DNA from: Octopus vulgaris
Taxonomy: Eukaryota
Assembly: GCA_951406725.2 (NCBI GenBank)
Contig: OX597830.1
Coordinates: 10,850,001-10,914,000, forward strand
Length of the DNA stretch: 64,000 nt
Direction of reading: 5' to 3'
Shown here: positions 51,697 through 64,000 of the stretch, piece by piece
Layout: every line of letters begins with the position of its first letter
Numbering within the stretch: the stretch's first letter is position 1
The notes under the pieces: generated by a model
Seen by the model: the letters and a program-made list of their open reading frames with translations, nothing else
Database searches by the model: none
What the model was told of the DNA's origin: nothing
Translations under genes and position numbers: made by a program

Positions 51697-53868
51697 TCTT
51701 CCCGAGATTTTCTGTTCAATGACTTCATATCATGAAAGGACTTCATGATTATAAACAATTCTAGTGACCTAGCATGGTGACAGACCACTGGCTGGAACCA
51801 GTAAAATGGTATCATATTGACGTTTTTTTCCCATTATTATTGACATGTTTCTTTTATGCCTTGCCTGTTGATATATTGATTACTATTTCAGGTCATTTTG
51901 TCTCTCCAACTTAAAAACTGGCTCTACTCAAATCACAGGAAAATAAAACTATAAATCTAATGAACTCTAATGTAAATATTTTAAAGTTACTTTGAACACA
52001 TCCAGGTCAGAGGTTAGAATGTTAGAAATTTGATTAACCCTTTAGCATTCAAATTATTCTGTCAAGTGTAAAGTTCTTTTATTCACATTGTTTTGAATTA
52101 ATCATGCATTATCTCTTAGCTTCAAGATTTCAATTATGTGATAGCATATTTTTTTAGAATGACATTGTAGGATAGGTTTGAGATGTCAGATTTGGCCAGT
52201 GTGGACATAAAAGAGGCAAAAGACTCCAAATGGTTAAATAATAATGCAACCCAGAGAGTTTAACCTTCACTCACCCACATTCTATAATATTTAACCCAAA
52301 TTATCATCTCATCTCTGTATTTTCAACTGCTTTTCAAAAACCTGTTCTTCTTTTCTTTCTACAATTTGTTTTCTCTCACCATGTTCACAAGTTTCAGTGT
52401 CCTGTTAAATTCTATCTAATTCTTAGAGTTATGCGAAGCAGGATTGTGGAATATCATTGGTTGGTTTTCGCATCCAACCAATTCCTCTTTTAGTTTTCTA
52501 AAGAAAACTAAAGAAGGAATTTATAAATTGCAACAAAATGAAATGTTTAAGATAAATAAATCTTTAACGATTGCATTGTTGAGAAAAGTAAGTTAATTTT
52601 TACCAAAGAATATGTCAAAGATTTACATTGTATTTGAAGCAGATGTAGAAAAAATATTCTGCTGTGAGATTCTTTTGCGTGTTTGATCAAATCATGGTCA
52701 GGACCAAACAACATGTCACAGAGGAACAAGGTAGAAGGGTAAAGATGGAACCTCTTCAGACACAATGAATGTTATTGTAAGTTCCATTTAAGAATGAGGA
52801 AATTTCTCTCAGAAGTTTTTCCATGATCTGAGGCTATTTTCGAAAACGTAAACATCTGATAAGTATAAGAGGAAAGTGAAAGAAGGCAGAGAGAGAGTTG
52901 ACGACCACATAATTGAAAACAAAATTCTATTTTGGTCAGTAAACCACAGAGATAAAACAATAATTGGAATGCTATTAAATATAGCAAAAACGAATGAAAA
53001 ATGGAGAGAAAAAAACCAGGAAAACAGGTTAGACCCTCAGATGTATCTTAATTTTGTTCTATGAAAACAAACATTCCGTATATAAAGAAAGGAGAATTTT
53101 TGGAAGAAAAGAGCCTTGCAATAATTAAAATCCTTATTGAAAAAACAATATGTCAACATTTAAATCTTGTATGGCTTGAATGGAGAGAGAGAGGGAGGGA
53201 GGAGAAGAGAGGGGGAAAGAAAGAGAATGAGAGACAAAGGGAAAGAGAGAGAGAGAGAGAAGAAATATTTGTTGATACACATTAGAACACATGATTCTAG
53301 TATTGAAGTGGAGCTAATAACCAATGACGCAAATATATTAAGTAAAAAAAAAAAAAAGAACACAAGAAAATAAACGATTCTGTATGTTTGTGGAGAAATA
53401 TCTGAGACTTGCAACCTTCATCTCAAGGGATGACATCATGTAATTTTCTGCAGGGTTTATTTTTATGTCAAAAAAAGAATAGAAACATTCTGGCTTGAGA
53501 GGAGAGCAATCATGATCATCATCAACAACAGCCAGCATTATGACATTCATCAGTATTGTCATCATCATCATCATTATATGCAATAATATTATGGCATTTA
53601 ATTGTATCACCTGGTGTGGAAGGTAAAAGATGTCAATGCTTTAGAATATTTCTGTGCCAACATTCCCAGTGCATGTATGTGTGTATATACGTATGTATGT
53701 ATGTGTGTATAAATACACACACAAATACATTATATCAATGATGTATATATATTAAGTATGATACATAGATGACTATTTTAATCTAATTGTGAATCAACTG
53801 TATATACTGGTTATGTGTGTGTGTGTTTGTGTATATACACACACTTACTACAAGTATATGCAATGGTG

Positions 53869-53904
<36 letters not shown>

Positions 53905-53995
53905 GTTCAAAATTGTTAAAAAAAAACGAAAGATGCACTAGGGAACAATAAATAAGATATATTAGTTTGATGCTCAGAAAAAATGGAATCAACAT

Positions 53996-55510
53996 TGATG
54001 TTTCAAACCTAGTGACGGCGATGTTATACCTCCAATCATCTTCCCACACGGCCTCAGACTCAACACAGAGGCCTACATCAAGTGCCTGGAGGAGGTAGTG
54101 CTGCCCTGGGTCAAGAGGGTGGCTGCTGGAAGACCCTGTGTCTGGCAACAGGACTCTGCACCAAGCCACACAAGCAGGAGAACCCAGTCATGGCTGTCAG
54201 ACAATTTCTGCAACCACACCACCTTTAACATCTTGCCACACAACTCCCCAGACTGCAATCCCCTTGATTATTATGTGTGGGGCGCAGTTGAGTGAGAGAC
54301 TAACAAAACTCCTTGTAACACCAAACATGAACTGAAGGCAAGGATTATGGCATCATTCACCAACTTAACCCTTTCGTTACCATATTTCTGACCAAAATAC
54401 ACCCCTTATGTGTTTCAATTAATTTCTAACGTAATCATAAATTTAGTCTGGTTTCATTAAACAACTATAACTTTTTTATTTATCGATATATTAATCTGAT
54501 TTTTGGAAGATAATTTAATGAAATATTCTCAACCAATTCTATACTATAATTTTTGTCACAAAGTGACTCTAATTGCAGGTAGATACAGGTAAATTCAACA
54601 AAATATAAAATTATTAAAATTTTGTTCAAACATCGCTATAGAAAATGGGTTATTAGCTAATATTCAATTGGGTATACAAGAAAATTTTACGATAGAATTT
54701 GTTATTCTGGGTAACTTTCTGATACCCATAATAATATTTATGGCAAAATAGTCTAAATTTCATTTAAGGTTGTGGGAAACCACAAACTATCCTTTCTTTC
54801 GCTTTGTTTACGTTTAGCGTAACGGTTTGTTTCCGCCGTAATGATTTCAAATAGGCTCATTCGAAGTAAATAGAAATAGTCTAAGGCTTTACTCTTCTGG
54901 GAAAGTCTGTGGCTTGGTCCAGTTTCTTCAGAAAAATCACCGAAAGAAACAGTTTTTAAATTTTCACTCCATTCAGGTGCCAATTCATTTTCTTTATCGC
55001 TGTCGGAGATCTCGAATTCACTGTTTTCACTTTCGGAAAATGAAACATCAGATTCATTATCAAATACCTCGTGCTTTTTTTTTCAGTCATAGAGTTAGAT
55101 TTATGAAGGTCTTCAGTAGAAAATCCTTCGAATTCTGACTCGCTGCTTGATATAATGAAATTCGTATCCATTTTTTGTCAGAATTACAAATTTTGAAAAC
55201 ACAATAGGAACAAATTTCGGAAAAAAATCTCCCAAAATTCACGGAATTAAAATTACACTTCGATTATTGTACAAAACTGTAGATGAACTGTTTACGAAGT
55301 ATAATACGAGTTTTCACGAATGTACTAAAGAGATTTGCTCTGATATTCTCATTTAAATATGAATAGGTAAATTCGGGCAGGTTTGGGCGGTTTGGTCACA
55401 TTAACCAAAATTTTTTTCGGGCGGCTTTGGGCGGTTTGGTAACGAAAGGGTTAAATGAAAGAGTGGCAGGAAATTCAAAAGTCATCTGGAGGCTGTGGTT
55501 GAAGCCAATA
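53996..55510 (+). mobile_element. maT (DD37D) transposase C-terminal relic, split by a piggyBac element
   Basis: WQQDSAPSH...NSPDCNPLDYYVW with 37 residues between the two Asp; the frame continues as HLEAVVEAN after 55454. Confidence 0.85.
54369..55450 (-). mobile_element. Internally deleted piggyBac transposon
   Basis: TTAA TSDs (54365-54368, 55451-55454), 14-bp TIR CCCTTTCGTTACCA, and an N-terminal transposase remnant (LDYF...IITAETNRYA...WFPTTLNEI) at 54753-55171. Confidence 0.9.
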
Positions 55511-55554
55511 CTGTGTCCTACAGTGGAAATCTGTAGAGAAAACCTTAAAAAGTG

Positions 55555-55721
55555 ATAGCTGAAGGATTAGAATTAATCAAAGGATATACTAAGTATGTCT
55601 ACCTGCTGGAAATAACAGTCAAAACTTTTATTTGAATCACCAAAATAAGAGTTTTGACTGTTATTTCCAGCAGGTAGATATACTTAGTATGTACTTTGAT
55701 TAATTTTAATCCTTCAGCTAT
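55555..55721. repeat. Hairpin inverted repeat (~79-bp arms)
   Basis: atagctgaaggatt...aaaacttttattt versus aaataagagttttgac...aatccttcagctat. Confidence 0.85.
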
Positions 55722-55920
55722 TTAATGTCTCTTTTGGGGTCTGCAATCGCTTATATTATTGATTCTGTTATTATCATTTTTAAATTGTTACACTAGATAA
55801 TAACAGAGTCAGTGGTATCTTTGCAAATTATTTTTTAATGAATTATTTTTTTCTCATGAATTATTTCCTCTGTATTGAACTTAAAAAGTTATACACACAC
55901 ACACACATATATATAAATAT

Positions 55921-55953
<33 letters not shown>

Positions 55954-56452
55954 CACATAAACACACACACACACACACACATACATACAGAAGAGTTTTC
56001 AGTTTCTGTCAAATCCACTCACAAAGCCTTGATTGGGGTGGGTGCCATGCAATGGGACTGAACCCTAAACCATGTGGTTGAGTAGCAAACTTGTTAACCA
56101 CACAGCCATGCCAATACCTTAAATACATACAGAATTACAAACTGAATTCAAACAGCAACAACACCAAGAAGGTGCATTCTCGTCTATAATAATTCCCAAA
56201 CCAAACGTACAAACAGACACATAGAAATTCACTTCCGCAATGCTTTTGTCTTTCGTATTTCATGACACCAACAGCGATGCACTTAATAAGTTGTTTGTGT
56301 TTGGAGAGTGTAAAAACGTTAATGAATGCACATGCATGAGATAGCTTGAGTCCAACTGAGCACATGATCGCTTCCTGTCCACCAAGAGACATACTTAATG
56401 CAATAGAGAAATTGTGAAAACAGCTGAGCTTTCAGTTGCAATGCTTAAACGG

Positions 56453-56500
<48 letters not shown>

Positions 56501-56641
56501 AAGTATATGTATGTATGTATGGATGGCTATGTATGTATGTATGTATGTATGCATATATATATATATTATATGTATGTATGTATGTATGCATGCATACATA
56601 TATATATATATATATATATATAGATATGTATGTTTGTATGC

Positions 56642-56680
<39 letters not shown>

Positions 56681-57404
56681 TATAATGTATATATGTATAT
56701 GTGTGTGTATATATGTGTATATATATATATACACACATATATATATATCAGCATACTCTAGCTACTGAAAAAAAATATATGTAAGTATGTATGTATGTAT
56801 GTGTATGTAGTATGTATGTATGTATGTGTATATATGTATGTGTATATATATATATATATATATAGACACATCTTAGCTAAGTAGAATGAGTGTACCTGTG
56901 TAATATTGATGTTGTTTCTGTTTTTGTTTGTTTTATTTTTGTTGCTTGTTGGATCGAATGTGATTTTTTTAAAATATATGTTTTTGTCAATATTTATGCA
57001 TACAACAACCACTACAACCAGCTTCTTATAACAGGAAGAAGCAGAAAATATAGTCACTTGAAACATGACCATGTGAAGAGACACACACATGCAAACACAC
57101 ACAAAGATATGTGTGTGTGTATACATGTATATTTTTTATATACACATATATAAACATACACGCACATATATACATACATATACACACATATATATATATG
57201 TATATATATATATACATACATTATATTTCTATAAACATATATAGATATATAAACATTTCTTTATATATACATACGCATATATTTAAATGTTTATATATGT
57301 GCACATATATAGATACATACGTGTGTGTATAAATTTACATGTATGCAATGTATATGCAAATATATATATATATGTACATATGTGTACATATATATATGTA
57401 TGGA

Positions 57405-57795
57405 TGTGTGGTAAGTAGCTTGCTAACCAACCACATGGTTCCGGGTTCAGTCCCACTGCGTGGCATCTTGGGCAAGTGTCTTCTGCTATAGCCCCGGGGC
57501 CGACCACTGCCTTGTGAGTGGATTTGGTAGACGGAAACTGAAAGAAGCCTGTCGTATATATATGTAAATATATATGTATGTGTGTGTGTATGTGTTTGTG
57601 TGTCTGTGTTTGTCCCCCCTAGCATTGCTTGACAACCGATGCTGGTGTGTTTACGTCCCCGTCACTTAGCAGTTCGGCAAAAGAGACCGATAGAATAAGT
57701 ACTGGGCTTACAAAGAATAAGTCCCTGGGTCGATTTGCTCGACTAAAGGCGGTGCTCCAGCATGGCCACAGTCAAATGACTGAAACAAGTAAAAG
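57405..57795 (+). mobile_element. SINE family A
   Basis: Matches family A; first ~15 nt missing. Confidence 0.85.
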
Positions 57796-58148
57796 AAAAA
57801 AGAAAAAGATAAAAGAAATATATATATATATAAATGTCTGTATGAGTTAGAGGTTAAGAAACCATCTAAGGGATATCAAATATCCAATATACTACTGGGT
57901 GTGTACCTACGTATCTTTAAGCAAGTGCTTACAATTGCATGGCAATATTGCAATTGAATATTATGTATGGATGGGGGTAAATTGGAAATCTACCCAGGAT
58001 TTATAAGGCAAATAAGAAAATGGAGAGGATATAAAATTGACAAATGTCAGCCAGTAAACATTCCATTACATCTATTTATTAAATGATAACAAACATGTGT
58101 TTAAGTGGTACAAGTAAAGGAATGAGATTAGCCAATAAATACGTAAAC

Positions 58149-58189
<41 letters not shown>

Positions 58190-58206
58190 TATGTTACATA
58201 TATACA

Positions 58207-58595
58207 TGTTTCAGTCATTTGACTGCGGCCATGCTGGAGCACCGCCTTTAATCGAGCAACTCGACCCCGGGATTTATTCTTTGTAAGCCTGGTACTTATT
58301 CTATCGGCCTCTTTTGCCGAACCGCTAAGTGACGGGGACATAAACACACCAGCATCGGTTGTCAAGCAATGCTAGGGGGACAAACACAGACACACAAACC
58401 CACACGCACACACACATATATATATACATATATACGACAGGCTTCTTTCAGTTTCCGTCTACCAAATCCACTTACAAGGCATTGGTCGGCCTGGGGCTAT
58501 AGCAGAAGACACTTGCCCAAGATGCCACGCAGTGGGACTGAACCCGGAACCATGTGGTTGGTTAGCAAGCTACTTACCACACAGCCACTCCTACG
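58207..58595 (-). mobile_element. SINE family A
   Basis: Reverse complement of the family A sequence; inverted relative to 57405-57795. Confidence 0.85.
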
Positions 58596-58667
58596 GACAT
58601 GAAATGTAAAAGCCGGACTAGACTACCTTATGCTCAACTCCATTGTCTCCCGAGACAAAAAGGATGC

Positions 58668-58762
<95 letters not shown>

Positions 58763-60173
58763 TTGAATGAATAATAATGGATGAGTGTACAACTCATCTA
58801 TTATTATTCATTCATCTCTCGGAGTGGTTGGCATCAGGAAGGGCATCCAGCTGTAGAAACTTTGCCAGATCAGATCGGTGCCTGGTGCAGCCTTCTGGCT
58901 TGCCAGCCCTCAGTCAAACCGTCCAACCCATGCCAGCAGGGAAAGCAGGCGTTCAAAAACAAAGATGAGGATGATGATGAATGTAAAAACGGGTTAATTA
59001 TTGTGCTGCATGCTAACGATTCTGCCAGCTCATTGATTTCTCCCAATTTAAAAAATAATAAAATTAATAAAATGCAAAAATTAATTTTAAAATAATAAAA
59101 TATTAAAATTGATTTTTAAAGATTGAAAAAAATAAAAATAAAAAAATCAGTTAGGCGGTGCTCCAGCATGGCCGCAGTCAAATGACTGAAACAAGTAAAA
59201 GAGTAAAAGAGTAGAGAGTTAAGATTTGGAGAAAACATATTTACAAAGTAGCTGGAAATATCTGGATTTATCCAATCCATACAAATATAAAATAAACAAC
59301 AACAAATATTTCTTAATTTTTAAATCATAAAATATTAAAAATTTATCAAAAAAGAGTTTTAAAGCAAAAGAAAAAAAAAAAGGAAGTGTTAGAATTTGGT
59401 CTAAACACTTTGGTATTTACTGAATCCTCTTGTACCGATTCCAGTGCCAAGAAATAAATAAAACTAGTCGAAATCTCTTTAATAAGGTGTTTTACTTATG
59501 ATCGTGATAACACAAATAAACAAATACTTTCGTTAAGGGACTTTTGGCATGTTTTCAAGAGGATGATTTATTTATGATTGAAGTTGAAAAGGTACAGGAA
59601 AACATACAATGCCATCAAACAGCACCAATTAAAACACATAAAAAAAAAACATTGGAGCGGGGGGGGGGGGGTTCTGTGAGAAGCAGAAGAGTCTGAAACT
59701 AACCTAAGTGCACATCTAGTGCAAATTTAAACACTTTTTTTATGGACACATTTCTTTAGTTCTTGCTGTTTTCTCAGAATTTTATCTTTAAGGCTAACTT
59801 GTCATCATCATGATTATCTTCATCCTTATCACCATCATTATTATCATTATTATTATTATTTTTATTATTATTATTATCATCACCATTATTACTATCATCC
59901 TTATCGTAATTATTATTATTATTATTATTATTATAATCATTAATTTTATCACCACCATATCATTATTATTACTATGATCGTTGATTTTATTATTACTGCT
60001 AATACAATTATCATTATCAGTATTTATAATCTTTATTGTTATTATTGTTATCAAAATATAAATTCTGAAAATAAGGTGCATATAAAAAAATCAAAGTAAA
60101 CTAAAGCAAAAAAATTAAACAAAATCTATTATTATCATTAGTATTATCATCATCATTATCATTATTATTATTA

Positions 60174-60424
60174 AGGCAGCAAGTTGGCAGAATCACCAAG
60201 GGTGTCAGACAAAATTCTAACACGCATTTCTTCCAATCCTTTAGAACCTGAGTTCAAATTCCGCCAAGGTCAACTTAGCCTTTTATCCTTTCGGAGTCGA
60301 TAAATTAAGTATCAGTCAAGTACTGGGGTCAAAGTAATCAACTAGTCCCCTAACCCAAAATTACAGGCCTTGTGCCTTTAGCAGAAAGGATTATTATCAT
60401 TATTATAATTATTGTTATTATTAA

Positions 60425-60455
<31 letters not shown>

Positions 60456-60475
60456 ATTATTATTATTATTATTAA

Positions 60476-60518
<43 letters not shown>

Positions 60519-60715
60519 ATTATTATTATCATTATTATTATTATTATTATTATTACTATTATTATTATTATTCTTAAGCTGGTAGAAACATCAAGGGCAT
60601 CAGATAAAATTCTCATGTATTTCTTCCAATGTTTTAGTTCAACCAAGGTCAACTTTGCCTTTCATCTTTTTGGGGTTGACAAAGCAAGTAGCAGCTGAAA
60701 ACTGGGGTCAATGTA
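60174..60715 (+). mobile_element. Two SINE family B copies (tail variant 2) around an (ATT)n tract
   Basis: Copy at 60174-60392 and a degenerate copy at 60575-60715. Confidence 0.7.
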
Positions 60716-60823
60716 TTTTACTTTCTCAGTAATGTTTAGATTACTCGCTTTAATTGGAGCGAGCCTATATTATTATTATTAATAAAAAAATATTTAATTA
60801 CAGTTATTATATATATATATATA

Positions 60824-61130
60824 TGCGCAGGAGTGGCTGTGTGGTAAGTAGCTTGCTAACCAGCCACATGGTTCCGGGTTCAGTCCCACTGCGTGGCATC
60901 TTGGGCAAGTGTCTTCTGCTATAGCCCCGGGCCGACCAATGCCTTGTGAGTGGATTTGGTAGACGGAAACTGAAAGAAGCCTGTCGTATATATGTATATA
61001 TATATAAGTGTGTGTGTATATATATATATAAGTGTGTGTATAGGAATAAGCCCTGGGGTCGATTTGTTCAATTAAAGGCAATACTCCAGCATGACCTGCC
61101 GTCAAAATGACTGAAACAAGTAAAAGAATA
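60824..61130 (+). mobile_element. SINE family A with internal deletion
   Basis: Head and tail present; the middle segment after the microsatellite is missing. Confidence 0.8.
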
Positions 61131-61174
61131 TAGAACATCTAATACTTAGTATCACACCACTTCTGATGCTAAGA

Positions 61175-62000
61175 AGCATTAGACGTGATGTGCAAGAGAG
61201 ACGTCTGCACTGGTATGGTCATGTGGTGAGAACGGATGAGGATAGCTGTATGAAAAAGTGCCACAGCCTAGCGGTTGAGGGAACCTGTGGAAGAGGTAGA
61301 CCCAGGAAGACCTGAGATGAAGGGGTGAAGCACAACCTTCAAACATTAGGCAATGACTAGTGACCAAGACCTTTGGAGATATGCAGTGCGTGAGAAGACG
61401 TGGCACGCCAAGTGAGACCATAACATTGTGGCCTATGCCAGAGGTGTAACCAGCCCACATATGCATACCTTTCCTTGACTGGACACTAAACTCTGCTTGT
61501 GAAGACCTGTTGAGGCAAGTGAAATCGAAATCAAAATAAAATTTTCAAATTTGATGACTGGCACCCGTGCCAGTGGAGTGCTAAGAGCACCTTCCGTACG
61601 TGATCGCTGCCAGAGCAGCTGACTGGCTTCCATGCCAGTGGCACGTAAAAAGTACCATTCAAATGTAATCATTACCAGCATCACCTTATTGGCACTTGTG
61701 CTGGTGGCATGTGAAAAACATTCGACCGAGGTCGTTGCCAGTGCCTCTGGACTGGCTCCTGTGCAGGTGGCATGTAAAAAAACACCACTTGAGCATGGCT
61801 GTTGCCAGTACTGCCAGACCGGCTCTCGTAAAAGCACCCACTACACTCTCAGAGTGGTTGGCATTTGGAAGGGCATCCAGCTGTAGAAACTCTGCCAGAT
61901 CAGATTGGAGCCTGGTGCAGCCATCTGGTTCGCCAGTCCTCAGTCAAATCGTCCAACCCATGCTAGCATGGAAAGCTGACGTTAAACAAAATGATGATGA
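61175..62000 (+). mobile_element. RTE-clade LINE 3' fragment
   Basis: RRLHWYGHVVRTDEDSCMKKCHSLAVEGTCGRGRPRKT, followed by a subrepeated 3' UTR and (GAT)n. Confidence 0.85.
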
Positions 62001-63092
62001 TGTGTGTGTGCCCAGCAAATGGGTAAGGCACATAATGATAAATGGTATAGATATACATGCGCGTATGTAAATTAGGTCAATATTTGAAGATGAGAACTTA
62101 TTGAAATTAATAATTAGACAAATGTTATAATGAACAAAAAAAAAAAACAAATATAGATAAATTCAACGAAAGAAAAAATATACAAAAATCTATGGAAATA
62201 AATTTCTTGTAGAAAATTGATAAAATATAATGTGTAAAAAAAAGTAACATAACAGATTGTTTATATAAAAATGTACACAAAAATGAATGTGTGTGTACAA
62301 CTGTGTATGCATGTATGTTTGTATGTATGACATTGCATGTTTGACTGCGTATGCATGTATGTATGTCTGTATTTGTGTGTGTGTATGACTGTTTAAGCAT
62401 AAATGTAGAGGCATAATCTGTACACACATACATACATACACATTCATGGACACATACACACACACATACATACATACACACACACACAAACACACATACT
62501 TAGAAATATATACACATAGAAATATACATACACATATACATATTACATACACACAAACATACATACACACACGTAAACGCATACACATAAAAATATACAT
62601 ACATACACACATGCACACAACCATACATATACACACACAAACACATATGCATACAAATATGCATACATACACACATACATACTACATACACATATACATA
62701 CATACACACACACATACAAATATACAGACATACAAATATACACATATGCAAATATACATGCATACATACATTCATACATACATACATATACACACACAAA
62801 CACATATGCATATAAATATGCATACATACACACATACATACTACATACACATATACATACATATACATACATACATACAAATATACAGACATACAAATAT
62901 ACACATATGCAAATATACATGCATACATACATTCATACATACATACCAATATATATACAAACATGTATAGATATGTATGCATACACATGTATACAGTCAT
63001 AAACATGGTTCAGCTTTTGTGTATGCCAAGAACATACACTTAAAAACATATCTAATTATAAATGTATGTATGTACATGTGTGATACAGAGTT

Positions 63093-63709
<617 letters not shown>

Positions 63710-63782
63710 ACATACACCAGCCTATTGTTCGACATAATTTCTTATTCAAAGAATACACTTTTTCTTCAAATGCCCTCCTTAT

Positions 63783-63825
<43 letters not shown>

Positions 63826-64000
63826 TGCACACATACACACACACACACACAGACATATATCCACACACTCGCACACGTACACTTGCACGTATGCACATAG
63901 TCATGCCTTCGCAAACGCACTTAGAAAAGCACCTGCACACATGCACTCGCCTACCCACACATACACTCATGCATGCACAATAAACACACACACGCATACG

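Overview
Repeat-saturated eukaryotic DNA. The SINE/LINE families and microsatellite load suggest an octopus (coleoid cephalopod); this is inferred from repeat recognition, not verified. The only host coding sequence I can support is one 179-nt minus-strand exon of WWOX (14677-14855, equivalent to vertebrate exon 4). The rest of the window is therefore probably WWOX intron: at least 49 kb upstream and at least 14.6 kb downstream. It contains three tRNA-derived SINE families, RTE and CR1 LINE 3' ends, a decayed Gypsy gag-pol, DD37D (maT) transposon relics, piggyBac derivatives, a Helentron-like element and very long microsatellites. Nearly all ORF-track entries are microsatellite or repeat artefacts. 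The most interesting signal is a set of small hammerhead-ribozyme (HHR) elements: (i) a TSD-flanked, terminally redundant insertion with a ~348-nt unit that looks like a retrozyme copied from a circular RNA; (ii) a head-to-head dimer of a tRNA-headed, HHR-tailed SINE inserted as one unit; (iii) a near-canonical type I HHR in the WWOX sense orientation; (iv) foldback elements centred on HHR cores. All folds and alignments were done by eye, and repeat boundaries are approximate unless a TSD or TIR is given.
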